NCBI GenBank assembly: GCA_950097015.1
Contig: CATNEN010000001.1
Location: 18,538,001 to 18,602,000, forward strand
DNA from: Macrostomum hystrix
Taxonomy: Eukaryota > Animalia > Platyhelminthes
Reading direction: 5' to 3'
DNA length: 64,000 nucleotides
Shown piece after piece: positions 49,092 to 61,620 of the stretch. Each line of letters begins with the position of its first letter. Position 1 is the stretch's first letter. Both the position numbers and the translations under genes were made by a program. The notes beneath the pieces were generated by a model. It ran no database searches, was not told the origin of the DNA, and saw only the letters and a program-made list of their open reading frames with translations.

Positions 49092-49912
49092 TGGAATCGC
49101 ATTCTGTTCCACCCTTGTCAGCAAATGTAATTTTGACTGTTAATGTTTTGCATCAATTTGACTACAGACATAAAAATGTACAAATGTAAAAAACTGTATA
49201 CTCCCTGTATCCCTGTAAACTGTATACTGATATTGAGCAGCAAAGTCCGAATAGCAAAATAAATACCGGGAATCGGGAATGATAAGCGATAAGGTTTATT
49301 TGAGGCGGTGTGTGGTCTCCGATAACAGGAGTCCATTTTTCTTGCCGTCCGTTGCCTGAAGAACGCGTTGACACTTTAATGCCAAAACTTTGTTCTTTCG
49401 CACATTTTTACGAAATTCTTAAATCGAATTTAATTTTATAAGGCATTCGAAAGCGTGTCATTATCTTCGTAATTGCTTTTATTGTACGCGTACTCATTGA
49501 CTTAGAAGCTTAGTGTTTTAGCAACAAGCATGCTTCCAGAATCACTTAATTCCCATTAATTGAAGTGACTGCTAGAAACGGTAAACATCTAGCTAGTAGA
49601 GCTCTTCTGCATGGTCACAGGACTTGCACGGCCAAAAGAGGAAGGAGCAGCTAAAAAAAACTGATAAACTGATGACTGGTCTCCCCACCACAGACAGAAG
49701 GAAAGCCGGCCTTATCTTATCCATTTGGTCTGTGCTCCCAGAGAGAGACTTCTAGAAATAACAACTTCTAGAAACTTCTAGAAATAAAAAGTCTGTGTGC
49801 TCCCCTCCCCACCCCACTTGATCGGTCCCACCCAAACCCGTTCAGAGTCATTACACACTACACAGGAAATTATTTTGCGATTTATTTTCATCACAAAAGT
49901 ATTTAATATTTC

Positions 49913-51366
49913 ATGGATATAAGTGATCAGTGGCTAATATCTGACTGCGGAAGTGCAGACACAGCAGCGCCCGGTTTAAAAATTCGTTTAAAGCGCGTAT
50001 CGACCGCCCTCAATGAGGTGAGAATTCAGAGGCAGCAAATTATTTGAGATTGTAAAAAGTTTACAACTTTTCCTTTATTCTTTTGTTATATTTCTATTGT
50101 ACACTCACGTATTGCACGCATACATTGCCAGACTTCCCAACGCGCTGATCAGGTCAGGGTGACCTGCGAAACTGGCCCGGGACTTATAGTCCGATTCAAG
50201 CGACATTCTTGCGCAATTCCATCAACGGCTGAACTTCAGGTGAATGATAATGTATGTTACCTGCCTGTTCAATAACTTGTCCTTCTAAGTATTCTCCTTC
50301 TCCCCTCTGCAACTATAATCTCCCACTATAATCTTTGCATGTAGGCCCCGCGTCTTAATTTCTGTTATGCACATTCTCATGTTTCTGCATGAGAAAATAT
50401 TAAAAATGTTTAATTTTTCAGACTAACAAACGCGCTGTCCCTGAGGTCAACGTCGAATTATCCTTCTCCGACAGCGAGGAAGAGGGCGAAGGCAACTCAC
50501 GCGTGGATCAATCTTTACGAATCGCCCTAGCAGTATGTCCATTAGAGGTTCGTCAATCAATTGAGTGCGGTTAGATGGTGTGGCTGTATAAAGCTGATTT
50601 TGGGGCAAAGTTTCCTTTTCTGTAATCGTTTTTCTTTGAGTAACTTAATGAGAGAGGAGAGGATTAAGAGGGAGTAAAAAGTAGAGGCCGATTAAGTGAG
50701 ATGAGATGCAAACGAGATGTCAGCAAGCAAGTGAAATGTGAGAGAGGCGATGGAGAAAAGGGCGATTTAGAAGCATGAAAAAAAACAAATTAAATCGTGT
50801 TTAACTACACCCCCGCACAGCCTTTGCCTGACCCGACCGTTAAGAAGAGGCCGGCTCAGAGGCTCAGCCGATCTAGTGTCGATTATCGTCCCCCGACATC
50901 CACTAGAGATACAACCGAGCGCATACTGGGCATCAACGGGAAGACAGACACCGCGATCGCTGTTGCACCTGCGGGCGAGAAGGGACTGGGCGCCTTTGCG
51001 AGAATCAACCTAGCTGCGGGGGCGTTTGTCGATCAATTCGCCGGAATCCTGCTGAACGAACAGGAAGCGATTAGACGCGAATGTGAACCTAACTCCGACT
51101 GGATGCTATTTGAGTTTAAAGTTAACGGCAAATTATGGGTAATTGACGCCAGCAACAGTGACGGATTGGGAAGGTACCTGAACCATTCTTCTACTGCTCC
51201 TAACTGTAAAGCAAAGCTCATTATTATCGACCAGGGGCTGCGACCCGTCATTTATTTCGTGACAAATAAATATGTTGCAACGGGCACAGAACTGACGTTC
51301 GACTATACGACTGGTAGAGGTATCGATAATGATGATCTTGTGAAGAACCCATGGCTTCGAGACTAG
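49913..51366 (+). CDS. PR-Set7/SETD8(KMT5A)-like SET-domain methyltransferase, ~290 aa. Exons 49913-50017, 50132-50239, 50422-50532(or 50547), 50821-51366
   Basis: GEKGLGAFA, FVDQFAG, EAIRRE, MLFEF, WVIDAS, LGRYLNHS, GTELTFDY and a C-terminal NPWL as in SETD8 HPWL; the three upstream exons are phase 0 with GT-AG borders; AATAAA at ~51464. Confidence 0.85.
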
Positions 51367-52319
51367 AAAGACACGCATGTTATTATGACTCGTCGCTTAG
51401 TTTATTTTGCTAAATCTTTAATCATGTAACAATCATGTTTAATTATGTATATTCTTTATTACAAATAAAGCAATGGCGCATTGAGAAAATGGTTACTTTT
51501 CTGAAAAGTTTCTTGGAATTTGTGTCATAATTTTTTTAATCGCTTAATGTACTCGTACTCATTGGCATAATAAAGTAATAAAGCAAACAGGATGCTCCAG
51601 AATCATCAAGCAAGTAAATATAATTTAATAGTTTTATAACTCAGCAAATATCTTTTCCTAACAGACTGTACATATCTGTACAAATCTGTACATATTTTAA
51701 TTTTTCGAGACAAATAAAAGAGTATTTTTAGCGGCAGAGTTCTGCGGAAGTTCGGAACTGACTCGCGCCCCCAGTCTTTTAGGGATCTAAAACCAATTGA
51801 AGTGAGTCACAGAACTTGAACAGCCAAAAGAGGAGGGAGCAGCTCAAATAAAAACTGATAAGAATATTTAGAACGTAATGCATGTGGGTCTCCCCACCAC
51901 AGACGGAAGGAAAGCCTTATCTTATCAATTTGGTCTGTGCTTCCCACCCGATCAGTCCCACCCGATGTGCCACGGCGTTCCTGCATGGCTTTCGAAGTTT
52001 CGGAGAAGGGCAATGGGGAATTTATGAACAGGGACTATTTTACTTAGATAGACTTAAAGTTGTTTTAAAAAAGCTTGAAAACTTCATGATGAGCTTGAAG
52101 ATGAACTTTCCTTCATCATGAGGAAATCATTTGAAATCATGAAACCAACTCAGTCGTGTAGGAAATCATTTCTAGGTTGATTTTCAATTGAATCCGACTC
52201 GATAAACTGTGCTCAAATCTATTGGGACACCGACGACAGCCATATAGTACTGACATAGTCAGAGTTAAGATAAACTTTTCTAGGTGACTTTCCAGGTTAA
52301 TAAGTTCGAGTCAAATAAA

Positions 52320-54865
52320 TTTGATGATGATCCCCCAGTTAATGATGATCCCCCAGTTGATGATGATCCCCCAGTTGATGATGATCCCCCAGTTGATGAT
52401 GATCCCCCAGTTGATGATGATCCCCCAGTTGACAATGATCCCACAGTTGACAATGATCCCCCAGTTACCAATGAACCCCAGTTGACAATTATCCCCCAGT
52501 CGAAAATGATCCCCCAGTTGACAATGATCCACAAGTTGACAATGATCACTCAGTTGATTATGATCACCCAGTTGACAACGATCCCCCATTTGATGATGAT
52601 CCCCCAGTTGATGATGATCCCCCAGTTGATGATGATCCCCCAGTTGATGATGATCCCCCAGTTGACCATGATCCCCAAGTTGAAAATGATCACTCAGTTG
52701 ATTATGATCACTCAGTTGACAATTATCCCCAGTTGACAATGATCCCACAGTTGACAATGATCCCCCATTTGACAATGATCCCCCATTTGACAATGATCCA
52801 CAAGTTGACAATGATCAGTCAGTTGATGATGATTCCCCAGTTGACAATTATCACCCAGTTGACAATGATCCCCCATTTGATGATGATCCCCCAGTTGACA
52901 ATGATCACTCAGTTGATTATGATCACTCAGTTGATGATGATCCCCTAGTTGATGATGATTCCCCAGTTGACAATTATCCCCCAGTCGACAATTATCCCCC
53001 AGTTGACCATGATCCGCCAGTTGACAATGATCACCCACTTGATAATGATCCCCCAGTTGACCATGATCCCCAAGTTGACAAAGATTCCCAGTTGACAATG
53101 ATCACTCAGTTGACAATGATCACTCAGTTGATTATGATCACGCAGTTGACAATGATCCCCCATTTGATGATGATCCCCCAGTTGATGATGATCCCCCAGT
53201 TGATGATGATCCCCCAGTTGATGATGATCCCCCAGTTGACCATGATCCCCAAGTTGACAAAGATTCCCAGTTGACAATGATCCACAAGTTGAAAATGATC
53301 ACTCAGTTGATTATGATCACTCAGTTGACAATGATCACCCAGTTGACAATGATCCCCCAGTTGACAATGATCCCACAGTTGACAATGATCCCCCAGTTAA
53401 CAATGAACCCCAGTTGACAATTATCCCCCAGTCGAAAATGATCCACCAGTTGACCATGATCCCCAAGTTGACAATGATTCCCAGTTGACAATGATCCACA
53501 AGTTGACAATGATCACTCAGTTGATTATGATCACCCAGTTGACAATGATCCCCCATTTGATGATGATCCCCCAGTTGATGATGATCCCCCAGTTGACCAT
53601 GATCCCCAAGTTGACAAAGATTCCCAGTTGACAATGATCCACAAGTTGACAATGATCACTCAGTTGATTATGATCACCCAGTTGACAATGATCCCCCATT
53701 TGATTATGATCCCCCAGTTGATGATGATCCCCCAGTTGATGATGATTCCCCAGTTGACAATGATCCCACAGTTGACAATGATCCACAAGTTGACAATGAT
53801 CACTCAGTTGATTTTGATCACTAAGTTGATTATGATCTGCCAGTTGACAAGTATCCCCCAGTTGATGATGATCCCCCAGTTGACAATGATCCCACAGTTG
53901 ATTATGATCACCCAGTTGACAATGATCCCCCAGTTGACAATAATCCCACAGTTGACAATGATCCCCCAGTTGACAATGATCCCCCATTTGATTATGATCC
54001 CCCAGTTGATTATGATCAGCCAGTTGACAAGTATCCCCCAGTTGATGATGATCCCCCAGTTGAAAATGATCCCACAGTTGACAATGATCCACAAGTTGAC
54101 AATGATCAGTCAGTTGATTATGATCACTCAGTTGACAATGATCACCCATTTGACAATGATCCCCCAGTTGACAATGATCCCACAGTTGACAATGATCCCC
54201 CAGTTAACAATGAACCCCAGTTGACAATTATCCCCCAGTCGAAAATGATCCCCCAGTTGACCATGATCCCCAAGTTGACAATGATTCCCAGTTGACAATG
54301 ATCCACAAGTTGACAATGATCACTCAGTTGATTATGATCACGCAGTTGACAATGATCCCCCATTTGATGATGATCCCCCAGTTGATGATGATCCCCCAGT
54401 TGACCATGATCCCCAAGTTGACAAAGATTCCCAGTTGACAATGATCAACAAGTTGAAAATGATCACTCAGTTGATTTTGATCACTAAGTTGATTATGATC
54501 TGCCAGTTGACAAGTATCCCCCAGTTGATGATGATCCCCCAGTTGACAATGATCCCACAGTTGATTATGATCACCCAGTTGACAATGATCCCCCATTTGA
54601 TGATGATCCCCCAGTTGATGATGATCCCCCAGTTGATGATGATCCCCCAGTTGACCATGATCCCCCAGTTGACAATGATCCCACAGTTGACAATGATCCA
54701 CAAGTTGACAATGATCAGTCAGTTGATTATGATCACTCAGTTGACAATGATCCCCCCAGTTGACAATGATCCCACAGTTGACAATGTACCTCCCCTGTTG
54801 ACAATGATCCCACAGTTAACAAAGATCCCCCAGTTGATCATGATCCCCCAGTTAACAATGATCCC
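52320..54865. repeat. 2.5-kb 18-bp satellite (GTTGACAATGATCCCCCA)n inside the transposon
   Basis: About 140 units with recurring variants; diagnostic blocks recur at ~52460, ~53390 and ~54200. Confidence 0.95.
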
Positions 54866-55070
54866 TGAATTGCTTCAGTTCAACCAGCTGTTAAATGGGT
54901 ACCAGCATCAGCTGGGATACTTGAAAGGTGGGTGTGGCGTCCCGCCAGTCCATGGACTGAACAGCTGTACGCAACCTTCAGATGCGCCGCGCCATAGCTG
55001 CAGCTGTGCTGTCGGCTGCACATCTGGCCCAATTGGGGCAGGTGTAATCAATTATTATTATTATTATGGT
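54865..55070 (+). mobile_element. SINE family C 3' half abutting the satellite
   Basis: Matches 47920-48100. Confidence 0.8.
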
Positions 55071-56626
55071 GGTATGTAATTCTATGGTAATGTGTTTACA
55101 TAATGGCGGAGTGATTTGGAGAGTCGTCCATTTACGCTCGTAAAGCAGGTCGCTCAATTGTGAGGGCGACCGGCATTATGAATTTTGGCGCTGATTCATT
55201 TCTTAAATTCTAACAGCAACTGCGCACTTGGTGCGGCCTCTGATGCGCAAGTTGACAAGATTTTTTGGCTCAGTTGTGCCAGCTCAGTATTATTAACTTA
55301 TTAAGTATTGTAGACATAGATGAGCCGCCTTCAGGAAAACGATCCCAAAAGATTCGATCGTAGGTGAAAGCACTAGCTGTGTCAGCATTATGTTTTGCTG
55401 CATAACGTTTAAATTTCGAAATTAAAGAAGTAAGAGTCAACGAAAATAAATATAAATTTCTAACGCAGTTCAGTATAAAGAATTTGTCTGACTGGCTGCT
55501 TAATTGCCGCACAAAGAACGTTTAATTTTCTGTATAAATAGTAAAAGGATGCATAGCGGGAGAAAAAAAGTAAACACCAAGTATCTGTATACATATGGGA
55601 TAGGCCTGGGATAGGATTTGGATAGCACTCAAACCGGAATGTTTTGTAGAATTAAATATCTGCAGGGTACTAAATGCAAAGCAACTGAAGAAGAGTGAAA
55701 TTGAACAGACGAACAGTAAATTACAGAAATAAAAATAGGAAAGCTTAAAGAGCAATAATAAAAGAGCCCGCCTTTACTTGATAAAGGCACTTTGACTTTT
55801 TCTTTCGTACAAAATGCCTGTTGTGACTATTAATTAGTAAAAACTTATTTTCGAATTTATTTCTCACGCCGAACAGTTATATTGCAGTGATTATGCCGCT
55901 AAACTAAACAGTACGGCAACAGTTTAATGACGCTCGAACTTCTGAGGAGCAATCTTAGAATAGACACTAATATCAATGTCATCCGCAGCTTCCATTTCTC
56001 GACGCACCTGACCGTGTACCGGGCGTCAGGTGTTCATGGAGAATATCTGGAAGAAATTCGGAATGTTTTAAACCCAATTTACATACGAGTATTTATCTGT
56101 CTAGAATGATTGCCCTTAATCAAAATTATAAACGTATATTACCAAATTTGTAAAGGGATCAGTGTCATTGACAATACAACAACAAAACAGCAACAACAAC
56201 TGTCTTTGACAATGGCAATTAGAAATATATTTACTGATTATTGTCTACAACCGTAATGGTAGACAATACAATAGCCTGGGGAATTTCATGGTCTAACCCA
56301 ACTAAATTTTGAGAGATCCAGAGGGGAAGTAAAATACACAGCAGAGATAAGAGTCTAGAGTCACTAGAGTCTAGACTAGACAAACAAAGCGTTTCTTTAG
56401 GGCAAGGACTTCTATAAATAGCATCTATAAATAGATCGATGCTTGTATTCAGAGGTCCTTGCTTTAGGGTGGCATAGATACCTTACATTGTAACTTGATT
56501 TGGCTAGCTGTCTAAAGCGGAGACACGGCCACAATATTTTTTCCAACAACTATAAGCAACAAAGCGGAAGCGGCCAAGAGTAATATTAACTGGTTCCTCT
56601 TAGAGGCTGTGCCAGACACTGGGACA

Positions 56627-57637
56627 ATGAATTTTGATAGCCGAAATACAACTGAATCCCTAAAGGTAAATCTATATGATTCGAGACAGTGACTGGTTGT
56701 TCTATGGGAGACAGTGGGTATCTACTAGGAGTATATCAAAATCTCGTAGATTTTCTAGGTAGCTAGCTTATAGCTAGAAAGACAGTTACTATAGCAACAC
56801 TTGATTGCGGAGAGTGGCTAGATTGTCTAGCTATGGGACACGGTGTCTAGATTGATTGTTCACGGGAGACAAGCTAATCGCAAACCCATTTATTCTTACC
56901 AGCCCGTCGATGACCTGGGCAGTCTAGACAATTTGGACTTCGCCGTGATGCGCTGCGAATTCAGTGACCTCCAGTCTTACGAAAGCGCTGCCCTCTTCGA
57001 TTTGTACAAGCCGGTTGCCAACGAAGATGACACTGGGGCCATGAGCGCATCGGAGTCCATCTGGTCCATCGGACAGCAACAGCATCCGCAGCAGCGACTG
57101 AATGCTTCGGCGATTGATTGCTCCCTTTGCTGGGTTCATTCGCTTGATCCGCCCACTTCGCATCTCCCAACGCATGTGCAGCCGCCAGGCGTCATAAAAA
57201 GAACAAGGAAGAAGCGTGCTGGCATCGGTTAGTGTTTTTGAGCTGCGAAAATTTGGGATTTGAGAATCTTTAGTATTTAACAACAATTAGCTATCAAAAC
57301 TTAGCATTGCCCAACCTCAGACAGGAATTTTTGGCTGTGGGAGTTTCTGTACCAGTTACTCGAAACTCCGTCTGTCGCTGACCTGTCGCCACAATGCTTG
57401 CGCTGGGAGAACAAGCTGGAGGGCATTTTCCAAATTCTAAACCCAACCGGCCTAGCAGAGGCCTGGGGCAGTTACAAGCGGCGGGACATGAGCTTTGAAA
57501 CGATGAAGCGAGCGCTGAGGCATTACTACGAGGACAAGCTTATCACCAAGACCCACCCAAGAGACAAGCACTTTTACAAATTTCACTTCGACCACGAGAA
57601 AGTAAAACTTTTTTTAGAAAAATTACAGACAAAATGA
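56627..57637 (+). CDS. ETS-domain transcription factor, ~226 aa. Exons 56627-56665, 56903-57227, 57321-57637
   Basis: WLWEFLYQLL...LRWENKLEGIFQIL...LAEAWGSYK...MSFETMKRALRHYY...FYKF is a complete ETS domain with both invariant Arg residues; 681-nt in-frame splice; duplicated TCTATAAATAG TATA-like motif at 56411-56434; AATAAA at ~57664. Confidence 0.88.
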
Positions 57638-57949
57638 CATGTAAATCAGAAATCCCATAATTTAATAAATACCTCAGAAATCCCTACATTGCCCTAGAAA
57701 TCACATGATCCAGACAATGACTCAGAATTACATCACGGATTGCCTGATTGTCAGTTGCGCTACTTCACTCATGTAAACTATTGTTTCTTACGGCCATGTT
57801 TTGTTCTGTTTTCTTGTGTTTTCTCATATTGTCCATGCATGACTTATCATCTGTTATTAAGCCTTGATTTTGAAGACATGTAATTGAGACCGACTGTTTC
57901 CTATAAAAGTATGATATCTACGAGTACTTATAAATGCTATACTATAAAT

Positions 57950-59370
57950 AAACTAATAGTTGCTGCACATTATTTCATAAACTAAAAAACAAAAAGCACA
58001 CTTAACGTTGTTGCGAGTGCAGCCGTGGAACTCTATTGACATGACAAGGAGTTCGTGAATGTCGCTGTCGTTCTCTAACCTGCTAAACTCGGCCAGATGC
58101 AGCTAGCCGGGACGCTGGGCAAACTTGTGCTCGACGCTGACTGAAATTCCCCATGCTGCAGAGGGTTAGATCAATTCATTTATCTCATTTTGAATTCCTA
58201 ATGTGAATTTAAACTCAAACTGCTTAAGAAGAAAGTAACTGCATACCTGTACATCCGAGGTAAGAGCTAAGAGCGATGTCTCGTCGGTACATTTTCTGCC
58301 GACCACCTTGCAACACACGTCTCAGGATTTTCTGGAACGGGGAAAACTAAAATTGGAATTTCACAGTATACAGTTTTTGCTTTCGGTTGAAATTCGGTCA
58401 ACTATGAATTTCAGCTACATTTCTGCAAGCCTTTAAGGGACAGATGCCAGCTATTATATCAAGTCATTCTAAGAAGCTAATTGCATGCATCTTAAGTACA
58501 TCTTAAACACAAAGCAAGGTGCAATAGCTCAATAAATATGTTTGTTGTCGTGCAAAGCTAAAGCAATTTATAAATACTTAATGCATGCAGTGCATGTAAT
58601 AAATAAATGAGTGTGAAATAAATATAAAGACACGAAGGCATAGATATCCAAAAATCCTATGGCGCTGCAGTGCAGGATCGATCCTATACTCTGCTCATCA
58701 TCTCATCATGCTCAGAATCAGTGCTCTGAAAGGCGAAAAGGAGTTTTAAGGCACAAATATCATTATTTAGTAAAAACATGCACCTTTAATAGTTGCTTTA
58801 TCCAATGGCAACAAGGGCATGCATCCAACTCTAAGCGAATGCTTGGAGTTTGCTTATGGAATGAGCTGCATGGTTAGACACGAAGTGCGGCACGTACGAC
58901 AAAAAGACTAACGTTATAGCATTTAGCTACTATATCATATTAAAAGTGAGTGCATGTTGCTTTATTGTAATATTGTGTTTGCATTTGTGGTGTGAATTGC
59001 AGCTTGTTAAACGACGTGTAGCTAATGGCTAAAAAGAGATTTAGTTTTACCATGCACCTAGCACCAATATGAAGATTTTAAAGGAAAGTAAAACCTGCAA
59101 AACCGGGTATATCTTTTTTAGGATGTTTAAAAGCATATTTTAATAATTGTTAAAAAACTGTCAAGAATTGCGAAGAACTATTGGTATAAAAAAGCATAAA
59201 GTGGTTTAACAAACCTTTTTATTTATTTCCACCGGAAGGTAGGTGCCGGGGCGGGGTGAAGTTGGTAGATGCCCCGGCACCTACCTTCACCTTCCAGACC
59301 ACCACACGTTGGCCCTGGCCCACCGTGTGTGGCTCAAGAAGCCACGGTGAGCCAGGGCCCTGCTGCTGCG

Positions 59371-59427
<57 letters not shown>

Positions 59428-59434
59428 TATCCAT
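57950..59434 (-). pseudogene. Possible spliced polyQ orphan gene or pseudogene. Exons 59434-59285, 58331-58247, 58155 onward
   Basis: MDNHH-polyQ exon with a GTAG donor and in-phase acceptors; the third exon hits a TAG after 17 codons although the frame stays open beyond it. Confidence 0.35.
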
Positions 59435-60214
59435 GGTTATCCTGATTATCCAAAATTGAGCGCTCTATCTGAAATTAAGTGGTCTCAATCAAATTCGTAT
59501 CATTTTAATCAAGATCGTATGAACAGATATTAGTATGATTATCGATTTTTAAGAGCACTCAGCACTGAAATCTCAGAGGAATCAAATGAGAAGCAATCAA
59601 AAGAATCTCGAAGGAATTAAACAAATAAAAGAAATTCAAAGACAGACGAAACAAGACTAGGTTTCGGCAAGAGTGTTCTATTAAATAAATTCAGCTGACT
59701 GGTGAGTTACTAGTTTTAATTGTAGCTCGAACATTTTTTATCAGACTAATTTAAATGGCTAATAGTAATAAGTTTTTCAGCTATTAAAATATTCAACATT
59801 ATTGAACAGGTGCTTATCACACTAGCTGGAATGGTGGCATTTTTGACTGGCTTAAGGCAGTACTACCTATAGCAACTGCTTTCCTTACATCAGTGCATCT
59901 GAGAACTGCTGGTCACATAGTAAGGGCTTGACTAATCATGATCCTTTTGTGAAATACTTAACACCTAACCCACAATTGATAGCTACTATCAATTGTAACT
60001 CAAATTAATTTTGAGCCATTGGTTTAAATAATACATGTGTACAGGTTCAGTTTGTCTAAAAAGGTACTATGCATGTATTTTTTAACTTAAAAGCTTACTA
60101 AACATATATACTACCTCTGTATGTCAGACCCTAAAGTGTCATAAAAATTATAGCATTCACTAGCTATTGCTAGCTGTTGGTACTAGCTAGGGTTATTTGG
60201 TCTGCTGTATTCAT

Positions 60215-60420
60215 GTGAGACAATTTGTGTCCTTTAGCAAGACACTTAATTTACTCTGCATTGCTTTAGTTCACCCAGCTGTTAAATGGTACCAGCATTC
60301 GCTGGGATAATTGAAGGTGGGTGTGGTGTCCCCCCAGTCCATGGACTGTACAGCTGTACGCAGTCTTCAGATGAGCCGCGCAATAGCTCCGCTGTGCTGT
60401 CGGCTGCAAATCTAGCCAGT
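60215..60420 (+). mobile_element. SINE family C copy
   Basis: Matches 47885-48065. Confidence 0.8.
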
Positions 60421-60679
60421 GACCCCAGTGTATACTTGAGTTATTTGGTCTGGTATTTAGCAGCTAGGGGTCGGCAATGAGCCAGTGGGCCACTTACAGA
60501 ACCTAAAAGACGACGGCTGTATTAAATGTAGGAATCTGAGAAAGGGCAGGGATTAGACATAGGATAGATGAGGCAGGGGGGAATTAGGGTGGGGGTTTGA
60601 TTCCTAACTCTACTGGTACAACTTAATATGCCCTTTGGCAAGAGGCCTAACTTGCTTGCTTCAGTTCACCCTGTTATAA

Positions 60680-61020
60680 AATTAATAATAATCCATTAAC
60701 TAATTACAACTGTCACTATGGGCCAGATGTGTAGCCGACAGCACAGCTGCAACTATTGTGCGGCGCATCTGAAGACTGTGTACGGCTATGGACTACAGCC
60801 AGTACAGTCCCTCGACTGGGGATGGCTACACCCACTATAAGTTACCACAGCTAATACTGGTACCCATATAATAGCTAGCTGAACTGAAGCAATTCAGAGT
60901 TAATTGCCTATCTTAGAGACACAAATTTCAAATTGTTTCTTAAAGAAACAGGAGTCAGGAATCGAACCATCAACCTTCAAGATGCGAGTCTGACGCTCTA
61001 ACTGCTGGGCTACAACCCAG
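60680..61020 (-). mobile_element. SINE family C, full length with tRNA head
   Basis: Reverse complement GGGTTGTAGCCCAGCAGTTAGAGCG...GGTTCGATTCC (A and B boxes), followed by the family C body and an AT-rich tail. Confidence 0.8.
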
Positions 61021-61029
61021 CTGTAAAAT

Positions 61030-61420
61030 ATTAATAATAATGACACTAGACACAAGGGCCAGTGCAGGTGTTGTGTGTCAAGCACACTAGCAGGTGGGGA
61101 CTGCACACCTAATATACTCCCCGGCCCTCTTGGACACCGGTTGACAGCCGCGTGTCAGCAATGGAGTTTATTTTTTCCAAACATATCGGCAGCATCCAAA
61201 CCCACTGAATTGCCGCACAGAACTGCTTAATTTCACGCCAGCCGGAATTATTATTCCCCGATGAAATATCGGTACTCATTTGCAGCTGAGTAGACTGTGT
61301 GCACATCAGGGCAAAGCAGCTTGCCAAAGGCTGCACGAATAGTTCTAGACTAGGTCGGGAGTTGAACCCAGGACCATCTGATCCAGAGTCCGACACCTTA
61401 CAGACCGAGCTATCCGCCCC
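61030..61420 (-). mobile_element. SINE family B, full length with tRNA head
   Basis: Reverse complement GGGGCGGATAGCTCGGTCTGTAAGG...GGGTTCAACTCCC, body shared with 41530-41855, (TTA)n tail. Confidence 0.85.
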
Positions 61421-61431
61421 TCTGTTTATCC

Positions 61432-61620
61432 AAGCTAGCTGTAAAATGGGTACCAATATTAGCTATTTGAACTTAAGGTGGGTCTGGCATCCCTCAGTCC
61501 ATGGACTGAACAGCCATGTGCAGCCTTTAGATTCGAGTGTATGCTGCACAATAGCTGTGGCTGTGCTCTTGACCATACTGCACAATTGGCCGGATAGGTA
61601 TAATAAATTATTAATTACTT
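61432..61620 (+). mobile_element. SINE family C diverged 3' half
   Basis: GCTGTAAAATGGGTACC...CAGTCCATGGACTGAACAGCC. Confidence 0.7.

Noticed and set aside
52280-55079. Many long ORFs (MIPQL, GDHCQL and WGIIVN repeats) and a CRISPR-like look
   Set aside because: These are products of an 18-bp satellite; there are no unique spacers or cas genes and the context is eukaryotic
49944-56572. GCGGAAG ETS-like sites at ~49947, ~51745 and ~56564 as autoregulatory sites
   Set aside because: Too short and too few to exceed chance without enrichment testing
60940-61420. tRNA genes
   Set aside because: The tRNA-like heads continue into repeated SINE bodies with (TTA)n tails
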